Counted from the first letter of the stretch, positions 11,108 through 20,363 are shown. The stretch is 64,000 nt of DNA from an uncultured virus (IMG/VR IMGVR_UViG_3300010340_000980) (IMGVR_UViG_3300010340_000980); one strand, 5' to 3'. Notes: generated from the letters alone by a model not told the origin. Translations and numbers: made by a program.

Positions 11108-13075
11108 ATGGATATGATAAAAATAAAAGAGGGTGATGTGTTTGAAGGACAGATTGAGTTTTATACAAACGGTAGTGCATCACTTAAAGTAGAAGAGAAT
11201 GATATATTCATTTATAAAAAAAATACAGCTAATTCACTACATTTAGATAAAGTAAAAATTCAAATATTTCAAGCTGAAAGAAAGTTAGAAGGAAGAGTAA
11301 TCGAAGTTGTTTCAAGATTTAAAACAGAATTTGTTGGTCGAGTTCAAATTTCAAAAAATAATACGACATTTGTTATTCCTGATAACAGTAAAATGTCTGT
11401 TGATTTTTATATCAAAGGAGGATTGATTGCTGAGGATGGACAGAAAGTAATTGTTGAATTAACGAAATGGGAAGATTCTAAATCTCCACAAGGTAAAATA
11501 ATTAAGATATTAGGTAATTCTGGTGATAATAATACAGAAATGAACTCAATAATGTTTGACTATGGATTACCAATTGAATTTCCTCAAGAGGTTATTAATG
11601 AATCGGCGCTTGTTCCAGAAATTATAACCGAGAAAGAAATTTCAAAAAGAAGAGATATGAGAAGTATCACCACAATAACAATTGATCCAGTTGATGCAAA
11701 AGACTTTGATGATGCTCTATCAATTAATTTTGTTGTTGATGGTAAAATAGAAGTTGGTGTTCATATTGCTGATGTTAGCCATTATGTAAAACCAGGTACT
11801 AAATTAGATGAGGAAGCTTTTAAAAGAGCTACCTCTGTTTATTTAGTTGATAGATGTGTTCCAATGTTACCAGAACGATTAAGTAATGGTATATGTTCAC
11901 TAAAACCACACGAAGATAGATTGGCTTTCTCAGTTATATTTACCTTAGATGAAGAAGGTAATATATTAGACACTTGGCAAGGTAAAACTATTATACACTC
12001 AGACCATAGATTTACATATGAACAAGCACAATCTGTTATTGAATCAGTTGGTAAACCTAATAATGAAGTTGGTAGAATATTATCCGAAGATGCTGGATTA
12101 GGCAATATGGATTTTAGAAGAGCCGGTTCTTTAGGAGCTAGTATAATAAGACTTAATAATTTAGCTCAAAAAATTAGAGAACGTAGAATTAAAAACGGTT
12201 CTATTGAAATGGGTGGAATTGAAGTAAGATTTAAATTAGCTGAGGATAATAAGAAACCAATCGGAGTTTACTTCAAAGAACAAAAAGAAGCTAATAAACT
12301 AATTGAAGAGTTTATGTTATTGGCTAATAAATCAGTTGCTAAAACTCTATCTGATGCGAGTAGAACTAATGTTTATAGAGTTCACGACACACCAAATGAA
12401 GATAAATTGAATTCATTAGTATCTATATGTAGGACATTTGGATATGAAGTGAAGATAGATGGTCAAGCGAGTGATATTAAGAGGTCTCTAAATTTACTAT
12501 TAAAGGAAATTAAAGGAAAGCCAGAAGAAAATATGATTGAGACTTTAGTGACTCGTTGTATGTCTAAAGCCACCTATACTATTAAGAATATTGGTCATTA
12601 TGGGTTAGGATTTACACACTACTCACATTTTACAAGTCCAATTAGAAGATATCCAGACTTAATAACACACCGATTATTATTCGACTTTTTAAATAAAAAG
12701 AGTCAAGGTAATCCAGGTATAATAGAAGAACAATCTAAATGGTGTTCTGCCAGAGAATTGGTTGCAGCTAAAGCTCAAAGAGATTCTATCAAGTATAAAC
12801 AAGCTGAATATCTTTTGGATAAAATCGGTAATGAATTTGAAGGAATTGTATCAGGAGTTACTGATTGGGGATTTTATGTAGAACTTATTGATAGTAAATG
12901 TGAAGGTATGATTAGGTATCAATCTCTTGAGGGTAATTGGTCAGTTGATACAAGTGCTTATACTATACAAGATGATAATGGTAAAACAATAAGACTTGGA
13001 GATAGGATGATGGTTATTGTTAAATCGGTTGACTTAGAAAAGAAACAAATAGATTTCATATTAAAAATTGATTAA
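11108..13075 (+). CDS. rnr: ribonuclease R (RNB family exoribonuclease)
   Basis: TIDPVDAKDFDDA, IEEFMLLAN, HFTSPIRRYPD, C-terminal S1 domain. Confidence 0.93.
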   Translation: MDMIKIKEGDVFEGQIEFYTNGSASLKVEENDIFIYKKNTANSLHLDKVKIQIFQAERKLEGRVIEVVSRFKTEFVGRVQISKNNTTFVIPDNSKMSVDFYIKGGLIAEDGQKVIVELTKWEDSKSPQGKIIKILGNSGDNNTEMNSIMFDYGLPIEFPQEVINESALVPEIITEKEISKRRDMRSITTITIDPVDAKDFDDALSINFVVDGKIEVGVHIADVSHYVKPGTKLDEEAFKRATSVYLVDRCVPMLPERLSNGICSLKPHEDRLAFSVIFTLDEEGNILDTWQGKTIIHSDHRFTYEQAQSVIESVGKPNNEVGRILSEDAGLGNMDFRRAGSLGASIIRLNNLAQKIRERRIKNGSIEMGGIEVRFKLAEDNKKPIGVYFKEQKEANKLIEEFMLLANKSVAKTLSDASRTNVYRVHDTPNEDKLNSLVSICRTFGYEVKIDGQASDIKRSLNLLLKEIKGKPEENMIETLVTRCMSKATYTIKNIGHYGLGFTHYSHFTSPIRRYPDLITHRLLFDFLNKKSQGNPGIIEEQSKWCSARELVAAKAQRDSIKYKQAEYLLDKIGNEFEGIVSGVTDWGFYVELIDSKCEGMIRYQSLEGNWSVDTSAYTIQDDNGKTIRLGDRMMVIVKSVDLEKKQIDFILKID

Positions 13076-13078
13076 ATG

Positions 13079-13107
13079 AAAAAATCCACTCATAAAGTGG
13101 ATTTTTT
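13079..13107. terminator. bidirectional intrinsic terminator
   Basis: aaaaaatccact-cataa-agtggatttttt between convergent genes. Confidence 0.8.
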
Positions 13108-13438
13108 AAATACATTTGTATCCTTTACTCTTCTCAAAATCTTCGGCATATCTCAAAATAATTTCTTTGAAATCAGAAGCGGTAACGTTTTTTCCTAAAA
13201 ACCTCTGATATCTAGGAAAAATATCATTAACATTTTCAGCCAATTTTTTTAGACCATTAGCAGCTTGAATAGATTCTTCTTCTGTCATAGAATAAGCCAT
13301 CCAGTTATATGTTATATCTGGATATTTTTCTTCATAATATTTTGCGTTGGATTCTTTACAAAGCTCACCAAGCATATGTTCGGAATTGATACTAGTCATA
13401 AATTCCGAACGGCTTTTGGTTATTATTGTTCTACTCAT
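13106..13438 (-). CDS. hypothetical protein
   Basis: 110 aa ORF. Confidence 0.65.
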   Translation of the reverse strand: MSRTIITKSRSEFMTSINSEHMLGELCKESNAKYYEEKYPDITYNWMAYSMTEEESIQAANGLKKLAENVNDIFPRYQRFLGKNVTASDFKEIILRYAEDFEKSKGYKCI

Positions 13439-13602
13439 TAAAAATCCATTTTATGTTTAGACTTACGGGAATAAGCTTTTTTATCTTTAAAAGTTTGATT
13501 TTTAAAGATATTATAAGCACCTGCTTCAATTATTTCTAATCTACGACGAGTTTTTTCGGCTTTTAAAATATCTTCTCTAGACAATTTTACAGATGCTTTC
13601 AT
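13438..13602 (-). CDS. small basic protein with ArfA-like KKxYxRKxKH tail
   Basis: MKASVKLSREDILKAEKTRRRLEIIEAGAYNIFKNQTFKDKKAYSRKSKHKMDF (54 aa, below ORF-track cutoff); TATCTTTG upstream. Confidence 0.55.
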   Translation of the reverse strand: MKASVKLSREDILKAEKTRRRLEIIEAGAYNIFKNQTFKDKKAYSRKSKHKMDF

Positions 13603-13689
13603 TTCGATTGATTTGTTTTACAAAGATACTATATTTTTTAATACAAATCAAGTATAAAATATAATATATACTAAAAATAGATTAGTAAA

Positions 13690-13851
13690 ATGGCTCACAT
13701 ACAAAGGTTTAATGAAGAGTTTGATGATTATATAGAAACAGTCACAAGATATATTAACTCTCATAAAGAATATAAGAATATGGATGTTGATGATGTTATA
13801 GAAGAATTGAAAAAAGAAAAACTGTTGAAGAATTATATACCCATGAACTAA
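13690..13851 (+). CDS. small ORF truncated by fusion into a half hairpin
   Basis: MAHIQRFNEE... (53 aa); AATATATA upstream; stop lies inside the half repeat. Confidence 0.5.
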   Translation: MAHIQRFNEEFDDYIETVTRYINSHKEYKNMDVDDVIEELKKEKLLKNYIPMN

Positions 13852-13879
13852 ATAAAAAACTTACATATACGCCTTGTTA
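13835..13879. repeat. attC-like site, right half only
   Basis: atatac..gaactaaataaaaaacttacatatacgccttGTTA, nearly identical to right halves of the sites at 15312 and 21724. Confidence 0.75.
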
Positions 13880-13908
13880 TGTGTTAGTAAAAAAAATAAA
13901 AACTTATT

Positions 13909-14229
13909 ATGAAACATATTAGAAAATTTAACGAATCCGAAAGTTTAGATAAAACTATATTCTCAGGACAGACTAAAAATGGTTGGAAATATAATATAAT
14001 AACAATTAACGATTCAAGAGATGAATTACAATTAACAACTGAAGATGGTGTGGAACTAGATGCTAGTGAAATGTTACACGAAGCGGTTGATGCTTATATT
14101 AATGGAGATGCCAGCACTAAAGGATTTTTAATTGATGTTCAAGACATAACAGAAGCGTATGATAAGATGTATGAACTTATGGACATGGGTTCCAGTCTTG
14201 ATGGATTAGTAGATATGGAGGATATTTAA
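13909..14229 (+). CDS. cassette gene, hypothetical (MKHIRKFNES N-terminus)
   Basis: 106 aa between GTTATGTGT (13876) and ACACATAAC (14249). Confidence 0.75.
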   Translation: MKHIRKFNESESLDKTIFSGQTKNGWKYNIITINDSRDELQLTTEDGVELDASEMLHEAVDAYINGDASTKGFLIDVQDITEAYDKMYELMDMGSSLDGLVDMEDI

Positions 14230-14245
14230 TTTTTTTTATTACACA

Positions 14246-14370
14246 TAACGGTTCTCGGCTTTGCGATGGTGGGGTTTCAAGGCACAAATGTTCAACCCAC
14301 AACTAATGTTTAATAGAATTACAAATGATGAATTTACAACTTCCGCCCCACTATTGCAAAACCGATGTTA
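14246..14370. repeat. attC-like hairpin
   Basis: TAAC ggttc tcggctttgcgatggtgggg ... ccccactattgcaaaaccga t GTTA. Confidence 0.85.
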
Positions 14371-15302
14371 TGCGTAGTGTTTTAGTCCACGCTGATTGCT
14401 TTGATGTGTTTCCATATATTGCTGATAAAAGTGTTGATATGATTTGTTGCGACCTTCCTTATGGAACAACCGCTTGTGCTTGGGATGTAATTATACCATT
14501 TGACAAACTTTGGAATGAGTATAAAAGGATAATAAAAGATAAAGGCGTAATTGTATTATTTGGAAGTGAACCATTTTCTTCATTGTTAAGAACTTCTAAT
14601 TTAGACTGGTATAAATATGATTGGATTTGGGAAAAGAATAATGCAGGGAATTTCCAATTAGTTAAATATCAACCATTAAAGATACACGAATCTATATCTG
14701 TATTTTATAATGAAAATCCTGATATGGAATTTGCTAATATTATGCTTGAAAATATGAAACGATTAAAATTGAAAAATATTGATGTATCAAAATTGGAATT
14801 ATCAAGAACAGGTGGAATGACTGGTTGGGTAACAAATAAATTGAATGGTTCACAATTACCAACAGCCGAACAATGGGATAAAATTTGCAACTTATTTGGA
14901 ATTGAAAACAAGTATTATGAAATTTTAAGTACGGTAAAAAGAGTTACATACAACTTGGATTTAGACGATACAGACATTATTTGCTCAAATAAAGGTAAAG
15001 CAGGAAGCTTAGGGCATCTATCAAGTGAAAGTAAAAGAGATAACTATATACAAACAAAGACAGGTTATCCAAAAAGTATTTTAAAATATGATAGAGAAAA
15101 TGGATTACACCCAACACAAAAACCTTTGGAGCTTATGAAATACTTAATTAAAACCTACTCAAACGAAAATGATGTAGTAATGGATAATTGTATGGGTAGC
15201 AATACAACAGGATTAGCTTGTAAAGAGTTAAATCGTCAATACATAGGAATTGAAAAAGACAAAAATTATTACGATGTTTCGGTTAGCAGGGTGCTGTCTT
15301 AA
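14325..15302 (+). CDS. cassette gene: N4/N6 DNA methyltransferase (beta class) with inserted HTH-like segment
   Basis: DLPY, WIWEK, HPTQKP, DNCMGSNTTG, IGIEKD; alternative start at 14370 inside GTTATG. Confidence 0.88.
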   Translation: MMNLQLPPHYCKTDVMRSVLVHADCFDVFPYIADKSVDMICCDLPYGTTACAWDVIIPFDKLWNEYKRIIKDKGVIVLFGSEPFSSLLRTSNLDWYKYDWIWEKNNAGNFQLVKYQPLKIHESISVFYNENPDMEFANIMLENMKRLKLKNIDVSKLELSRTGGMTGWVTNKLNGSQLPTAEQWDKICNLFGIENKYYEILSTVKRVTYNLDLDDTDIICSNKGKAGSLGHLSSESKRDNYIQTKTGYPKSILKYDRENGLHPTQKPLELMKYLIKTYSNENDVVMDNCMGSNTTGLACKELNRQYIGIEKDKNYYDVSVSRVLS

Positions 15303-15311
15303 CATTACGCA

Positions 15312-15399
15312 TAACGTCTGGTGTATATGTAGGTTTTTAACTCTAAACTTTAATATATACTCTTGAACTAAATAAAAAACTTACATATACACCTTGTTA
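15312..15399. repeat. attC-like hairpin (AATATATA in loop)
   Basis: TAAC..ggtgtatatgtaggttttt...aaaaacttacatatacacc tt GTTA. Confidence 0.85.
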
Positions 15400-15424
15400 T
15401 GTGTTAGTAAAAATATTAAATTAT

Positions 15425-16069
15425 ATGAAATATATTAGATTATTTGAAAACCTGATAGCTAATCAAGAATTAATAGATTATATCAAAAAATTTGATATTC
15501 AAAAGATAAAATTACCATTTTCAAAAAAAGAATATGAATCTTTCATACACAATCTAAGTCCTGATAGATATGATGAAACTGGTTATTTCAGAGATTCTGA
15601 GTATTATAATGGGTTTTTATATAATGGTGAAGAATATTGTAAAGAAGTAACATCTGATTATGATTATCTAAAATTAGTTAAATACTTATTTGACTATAAT
15701 AACAATTTAAAATTTTATGATTTAGGGTGTGGAATAGGAACTCTTCTATATTTTGTAAAGGTAATTGGTTATAAAAATCCAGTCGGGGTTGAATTCCAAT
15801 CGGAATTAAAAGAGTTTCACAAGAAACTTAATTTGGATGTTATATATGGAGATCTACTCAAAATGGATTTATCTTTTTTGAAAGATGCTGATGTTATTTA
15901 TTTATATAAACCGATTTATGATGATTCATTAGCAAATAGTTTGATTGATAAAATACTTAAAAAAACTAAAGAAGGAGTCATAATTATTTATTGTAATCCG
16001 GACGATTACTTTTTTGATAGAGAGATTATTTCACCTTCAAATTTGAACCAATATATTTTAATAAAATAA
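15425..16069 (+). CDS. cassette gene: class I SAM-dependent methyltransferase
   Basis: FYDLGCGIG, GVE, GDLL; ATG at 15425 gives MKYIRLFEN. Confidence 0.75.
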   Translation: MKYIRLFENLIANQELIDYIKKFDIQKIKLPFSKKEYESFIHNLSPDRYDETGYFRDSEYYNGFLYNGEEYCKEVTSDYDYLKLVKYLFDYNNNLKFYDLGCGIGTLLYFVKVIGYKNPVGVEFQSELKEFHKKLNLDVIYGDLLKMDLSFLKDADVIYLYKPIYDDSLANSLIDKILKKTKEGVIIIYCNPDDYFFDREIISPSNLNQYILIK

Positions 16070-16085
16070 TATTTTTTATTACACA

Positions 16086-16133
16086 TAACGGTTGGGTGTA
16101 AAAAATCGTTTTAATGTTTTTTACACTTTGTTA
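16086..16133. repeat. short attC-like hairpin (48 bp)
   Basis: TAAC..gtgtaaaaaa...ttttttacac..GTTA. Confidence 0.8.
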
Positions 16134-16163
16134 TATGAATGTAAATTAAAAATTATACAAATT

Positions 16164-16361
16164 ATGAGAAAAGAATTAACACAAGAAGAGAAAAACTTTC
16201 ACAATTGGTTAGAACAATTTATTAAAGAATCTGGACATCAATGGGGATTTGGATTTTATGTAGAAACTATGGATGGGAAAGTTTTTCATCAAGGAACTGA
16301 TGAATATAAAGAGTGGTATGATGGTAAGTTAGAAGAGTATAAACAAACTCATAATTTTTAA
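16164..16361 (+). CDS. cassette gene, hypothetical
   Basis: ATG at 16164 (MRKELTQEEK); cassette ends complementary over about 25 nt. Confidence 0.7.
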   Translation: MRKELTQEEKNFHNWLEQFIKESGHQWGFGFYVETMDGKVFHQGTDEYKEWYDGKLEEYKQTHNF

Positions 16362-16372
16362 TTTATTTCATA

Positions 16373-16462
16373 TAACGGTTGGGTGTATATGTAGGTTTTT
16401 AACTCTAAACTTTAATATATATACCACTGAACTAAATAAAAACTTACATATACACCTTGTTA
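16373..16462. repeat. attC-like hairpin (AATATATA in loop)
   Basis: Same family as the 15312 and 21724 sites. Confidence 0.85.
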
Positions 16463-16520
16463 TGTGTAAGTAAAAAAAAATAAGTATGTAATTTATTTTA
16501 AAAACTAAAAATTAAATAAG

Positions 16521-16688
16521 ATGGAAAAAATTAAAGAAAAACTTGAAGAAAAAATAGCAATTAGAAAATCTATTGAAGATAGAATTCATGCTGATATTAG
16601 AAATGGAAAAGATTTGGTTAAAAAAGACTTAGATGCTATTTTTGCTTTAAGTTTAGTGATAACTACATTAGAAGAATTGTTAAAATAA
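16521..16688 (+). CDS. cassette gene, 55 aa hypothetical
   Basis: MEKIKEKLEEKIAIRKSIEDRIH...LEELLK, translated by hand. Confidence 0.6.
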   Translation: MEKIKEKLEEKIAIRKSIEDRIHADIRNGKDLVKKDLDAIFALSLVITTLEELLK

Positions 16689-16699
16689 ATTATTACTTA

Positions 16700-16823
16700 T
16701 AACGGTTGGGTGTATATGTAGTGTGAGATTAGAAAGACTAAACATCACTTAACCGATGAACTTAATTAGAAGAACAAATGTTGAATATACCACCAAACCA
16801 CACATTACATATACACCTTGTTA
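16700..16823. repeat. attC-like hairpin
   Basis: TAACggttgggtgtatatgtagtgtg...cacattacatatacaccttGTTA; same family as 18625 and 20484. Confidence 0.85.
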
Positions 16824-16938
16824 TGTGTAGGTGTGATTATTAACTGATGAACTTAAATCGAAGAAATAAAGAAAATTTTAGAAAAAAGAGGGAGGGAAAT
16901 TTTTATTCCTTATATTTGTATATAAATAATATAAAAAA

Positions 16939-17274
16939 ATGACAAAAGACTATTACAAAAATTTAATTGATAAATATATTGAGGAAGATTTTAATGGAAC
17001 TGATAAGTTGAGTTCTGTTTCTGCTTTATGGATATCCGATTCTGAAATTGGCTATAATGATAGACAAGAATTGATGATGTATATTGCTAAAATATGTATA
17101 GATGGATTAAAGTCACATGGTATTAGTAAATTAGATGAAATGGTTTCAAATCCACTTGAAAGTTCAACTAATATAGATAATATGATCGAACAACATGATA
17201 ATATGATTGATAATATTATAGACAACTTAGAAAAATCTTCAGATTCAAAAAAAGATATATTTAATTGTAATTAA
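16939..17274 (+). CDS. cassette gene, hypothetical
   Basis: 111 aa; TATATTTG at 16911. Confidence 0.7.
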   Translation: MTKDYYKNLIDKYIEEDFNGTDKLSSVSALWISDSEIGYNDRQELMMYIAKICIDGLKSHGISKLDEMVSNPLESSTNIDNMIEQHDNMIDNIIDNLEKSSDSKKDIFNCN

Positions 17275-17284
17275 TTTATTTGAA

Positions 17285-17485
17285 ATGAAAGCTATAATTT
17301 TAGATAACTATCCACCTTACTTAACTCCGGGTAAATTATATGAAATAAAGGGACAATCTCAAATTGATCCGAACATTTATTTCGTAGTAACGGATGATGG
17401 ATCTAGAACTTCAGTTGATATTTCAAATCTAAAATTTTCAGACCAAATAAGAAATGAAAAAATAGAAAGTATATTAGTATTTTAA
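17285..17485 (+). CDS. cassette gene, hypothetical (second gene of a two-gene cassette)
   Basis: 66 aa, ends IRNEKIESILVF. Confidence 0.7.
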   Translation: MKAIILDNYPPYLTPGKLYEIKGQSQIDPNIYFVVTDDGSRTSVDISNLKFSDQIRNEKIESILVF

Positions 17486-17559
17486 AAATGCGCGGTGAAG
17501 TTTTTCTAAAATTTTTCTAACACAGAAGTTAATTCAGAGGACAGAACCACACTTACACA

Positions 17560-17690
17560 TAACGGTGACAGATATATTTCAGTTTTTTATTTTTAATATA
17601 TACAAATAAAATTTAATATGAAAAAAGAACTTAAAAACTTACAGACGTTTGAACAAAGAACAGATAAAAAATTGAATATATCTGTTGTTA
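17560..17690. repeat. attC-like hairpin containing promoter motif and start of ORF
   Basis: TAACggtgacagatatatt...aatatatctgttGTTA; near-identical to the 20234 site. Confidence 0.85.
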
Positions 17691-17842
17691 TGAACAGTGT
17701 TTTAGGTGATTTGGAAAAATTGGTTTCTAAATACGATAAAGCTCAAAAGAAAGCAGTTGATGAATTTGATGATAATGTTAATTATGGAAAAGTTAGAGGA
17801 TTAACGGAAGCAATTGAAGTGGTAAAGAAACATTGTTCATAA
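17618..17842 (+). CDS. cassette gene, hypothetical; N-terminus encoded in the hairpin
   Basis: MKKELKNLQTFEQRTDKKLNISVV|MNSV...; stop codon is the TAA of the next TAAC. Confidence 0.7.
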   Translation: MKKELKNLQTFEQRTDKKLNISVVMNSVLGDLEKLVSKYDKAQKKAVDEFDDNVNYGKVRGLTEAIEVVKKHCS

Positions 17843-17926
17843 CGATTGCAAATATATGTAGGTTTTTGTAACAAATGCTTAAAATTTACGTATAACTTAA
17901 TAAAAACTTACATATATTTGTTGTTA
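17840..17926. repeat. attC-like hairpin (TATATTTG in right arm)
   Basis: TAACgattgcaaatatatgtagg...cttacatatatttgttGTTA. Confidence 0.85.
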
Positions 17927-17984
17927 TGTGTATGTATTTTAATTTTTTGTGCGTTGGAAATATTAATTTAAAAATAGAAACAAA

Positions 17985-18194
17985 ATGGAGAAATTTATTG
18001 AAGTAAACGGAAACTGGTTATTTAGTGATGAACATTTTTTATTGACTGAACGAGGTTGGTTAAAAGCAAAAGAACTACAAAATGGTGATAAAGTTATTGG
18101 TGTGAAAGGCGAATCAACAATAAAAAATATTATAGAATGTGGAGAACGACCAGATGCACCTATTGTTGGTGAAACTGGTGCGGTGGAAAATTAA
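17985..18194 (+). CDS. cassette gene: Hint/intein block-B-like fragment
   Basis: SDEHFLLTERGWLKAKELQNGDKVI. Confidence 0.55.
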   Translation: MEKFIEVNGNWLFSDEHFLLTERGWLKAKELQNGDKVIGVKGESTIKNIIECGERPDAPIVGETGAVEN

Positions 18195-18205
18195 AATATT
18201 ACATA

Positions 18206-18292
18206 TAACGTTTTGCGGCTTGGCGAAGGCTGCCTAACGGAAATTTCAAAGTTCGCAGAATGTTTATGGCAGATTTTGCCAAACCGCTGTTA
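18206..18292. repeat. attC-like hairpin
   Basis: TAACgttttgcggcttggcgaa...ttttgccaaaccgctGTTA. Confidence 0.85.
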
Positions 18293-18339
18293 TGTGCTGG
18301 GCGGTTTATCAGCACTAAATTTTATTTAAATGAAACGAA

Positions 18340-18615
18340 ATGAAAACGATTTTTATTTGGATGTTAAGAAAATACGCAAATACCGAAAAAGGTAGAATTG
18401 AAATTATGCGTATAATGGATGATAAGGTTAGTGATAATTATAGTGAGCAAACTTTATATGGAAATGTTTACAACTACTTTATTGAGTTTGTAATGGCAAA
18501 TCCATTTGTAGTAAAATGCACATTTCAAAACGATAAAGAAAGTTTGCGTATTTTAAAAAGCGGTATTGAAAAATCGTTTGATGAAGCAATTGGTTATATT
18601 GAAAACGAAAAGTAG
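18340..18615 (+). CDS. cassette gene, hypothetical
   Basis: 91 aa between GTTATGTGC and GCACATAAC. Confidence 0.7.
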   Translation: MKTIFIWMLRKYANTEKGRIEIMRIMDDKVSDNYSEQTLYGNVYNYFIEFVMANPFVVKCTFQNDKESLRILKSGIEKSFDEAIGYIENEK

Positions 18616-18624
18616 CCTTGCACA

Positions 18625-18747
18625 TAACGGTTGGGTGTATATGTAGTGTGAGATTTGAAACACTAAACCTCACTTAACCAATGAACTTGATTAGAAGTGG
18701 AAACATGAATATATCACAGAACCTCACATTACATATACACCTTGTTA
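18625..18747. repeat. attC-like hairpin
   Basis: Same family as 16700 and 20484. Confidence 0.85.
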
Positions 18748-18866
18748 TGTGTAGGTGTGGCTAATTAAGGTAGAATGTTTAATCGGAGAATTGAACAAAA
18801 ATTTTAAAAGAAAAAGAAGGGTGGGAAATTTAATTTAAAATATTTATATATAAAGAAAATAAATAT

Positions 18867-19367
18867 ATGAAAGATTTGAGAAAATTTATTAAAACCACTA
18901 TACGAGAATTTTTGAATGAAAGCAATTTAGATGGTTATCATTTAGAACCATATCATAAATCATCATACCACAAATATGAGAATGAAAATGATTTAGAATT
19001 TAAGATTGTTAGAGGAAAGGATGGTAAATTGTGGGGTATTGATGTTTATACAACACCATATAAAACATTAATAGGAACTATTGAACTTTCATATAGAAGT
19101 GAAATTATATCATTTGAAGAACAAAGAGATGGACAACCTAATGTTGGTAATATATCAGTTGATGAAAGATTTAGAAATCAAGGATTTGCTAAAATTTTAT
19201 ATAAAAAACTAATATCTGAACTTAAAAAAGATGGTTATAAAAAACTATTTGCTGGTTTAACACGAAATTCTATGTATGTAAATAATATATGGGATAAACT
19301 TAAAGATGGTGAAATAGAGGTGGATTATGATGGAAGAATAAAAACTATCGAATTTATGAATTTATAA
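18867..19367 (+). CDS. cassette gene: GNAT-family acetyltransferase
   Basis: ISVDERFRNQGFAKILY acetyl-CoA binding motif; N-terminus ...IREFLNES. Confidence 0.75.
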   Translation: MKDLRKFIKTTIREFLNESNLDGYHLEPYHKSSYHKYENENDLEFKIVRGKDGKLWGIDVYTTPYKTLIGTIELSYRSEIISFEEQRDGQPNVGNISVDERFRNQGFAKILYKKLISELKKDGYKKLFAGLTRNSMYVNNIWDKLKDGEIEVDYDGRIKTIEFMNL

Positions 19368-19439
19368 AAGTGGGTGGGTTTTTCTTTTAAAATTTTTAAC
19401 CGAAATGTTGATTAGAAGGATAAACTGAACACTTACACA

Positions 19440-19564
19440 TAACGTTCCTCGGATATATGTAGTTTTTTCTTAAATTGAAACACGAAACTTAAATAATATG
19501 GACAAATATAATAAGAACACAGAACTTGAAAATACAGATAAAAAATTACATATATCTGATGTTA
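19440..19564. repeat. attC-like hairpin containing start of ORF
   Basis: TAACgttcctcggatatatgtag...ttacatatatctgatGTTA. Confidence 0.85.
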
Positions 19565-19803
19565 GTGATAGTTCATCTACTCAAATGTGGAAAGACATCA
19601 AAAAGTGGATTATCATAATTTTTTTGTGGTTATCTATACTAATCTTTTCACTTATATTCTTTTATAATAAAACAATGATATTAAGTGGATGGATGTTGAT
19701 AACTGGATTAATAATGTGGTTAAAAGGAAAAGATTACGAAAAATGGTATTGGAAAAATTATGATAATATCAGAAAAGTTGAAAGTGATGTCTATTCTAAA
19801 TGA
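19498..19803 (+). CDS. cassette gene: membrane protein (2 predicted TM segments)
   Basis: Hydrophobic WIIIIFLWLSILIFSLIFF and MILSGWMLITGLIMWL; first 22 codons lie in the hairpin. Confidence 0.7.
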   Translation: MDKYNKNTELENTDKKLHISDVSDSSSTQMWKDIKKWIIIIFLWLSILIFSLIFFYNKTMILSGWMLITGLIMWLKGKDYEKWYWKNYDNIRKVESDVYSK

Positions 19804-19811
19804 ATTATCAC

Positions 19812-19889
19812 TAACGGTTGCAAATATGAGAAGTAAATTTTTTCTATAAAAATAGATAAATCAAAATTTATTTCTTATATTTGTTGTTA
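19812..19889. repeat. attC-like hairpin (TATATTTG in right arm)
   Basis: TAACggttgcaaatatgagaagtaaatttt...aaaatttatttcttatatttgttGTTA. Confidence 0.85.
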
Positions 19890-19930
19890 TATTTGTTGTT
19901 TAATTTATTAACCTTAAAAATAGAAAAAAT

Positions 19931-20230
19931 ATGATACGATTTAAATTAGAAGATGAAAACAATAACTATAAACAATATAGTATTGAAATTGATTTTGTAG
20001 ATGGTGAAGAATTTGATGATTGGTCTTATGATAATAAGGACTTTGAAGATTTCATGGAACAAATGGAGACAGGACATGATAAATGGAATGGTGTTCATGA
20101 TGGGTCGGGTGGTGTTGATAATGATGGTGTTGAGTATGTATCATTTTCATCATATGAAATACAAGATTTTAATACTGCTATAAAGTTATGGAAAGATTTT
20201 TTCAGAAAACTCAATAAATTAAACAATTGA
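19931..20230 (+). CDS. cassette gene, acidic hypothetical protein
   Basis: 99 aa, D/E-rich. Confidence 0.7.
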   Translation: MIRFKLEDENNNYKQYSIEIDFVDGEEFDDWSYDNKDFEDFMEQMETGHDKWNGVHDGSGGVDNDGVEYVSFSSYEIQDFNTAIKLWKDFFRKLNKLNN

Positions 20231-20233
20231 ATA

Positions 20234-20363
20234 TAACGGTTGCAGATATATTTCAGGTTTTTATTTTAATATATACAAATAAACTTTAATATGAAAAAAG
20301 AACTTAAACATTTGAAAACATTTGAACAGAACACAGATAAAAACTTGAATATATCTGATGTTA
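20234..20363. repeat. attC-like hairpin containing promoter motif and start of ORF
   Basis: Near-identical to the 17560 site. Confidence 0.85.

Noticed and set aside
2698..12105. Short antisense ORFs inside large genes (2698, 3961, 10308, 11839 and similar ones elsewhere)
   Set aside because: Fully nested opposite well-supported genes, with no motifs or initiation signals.
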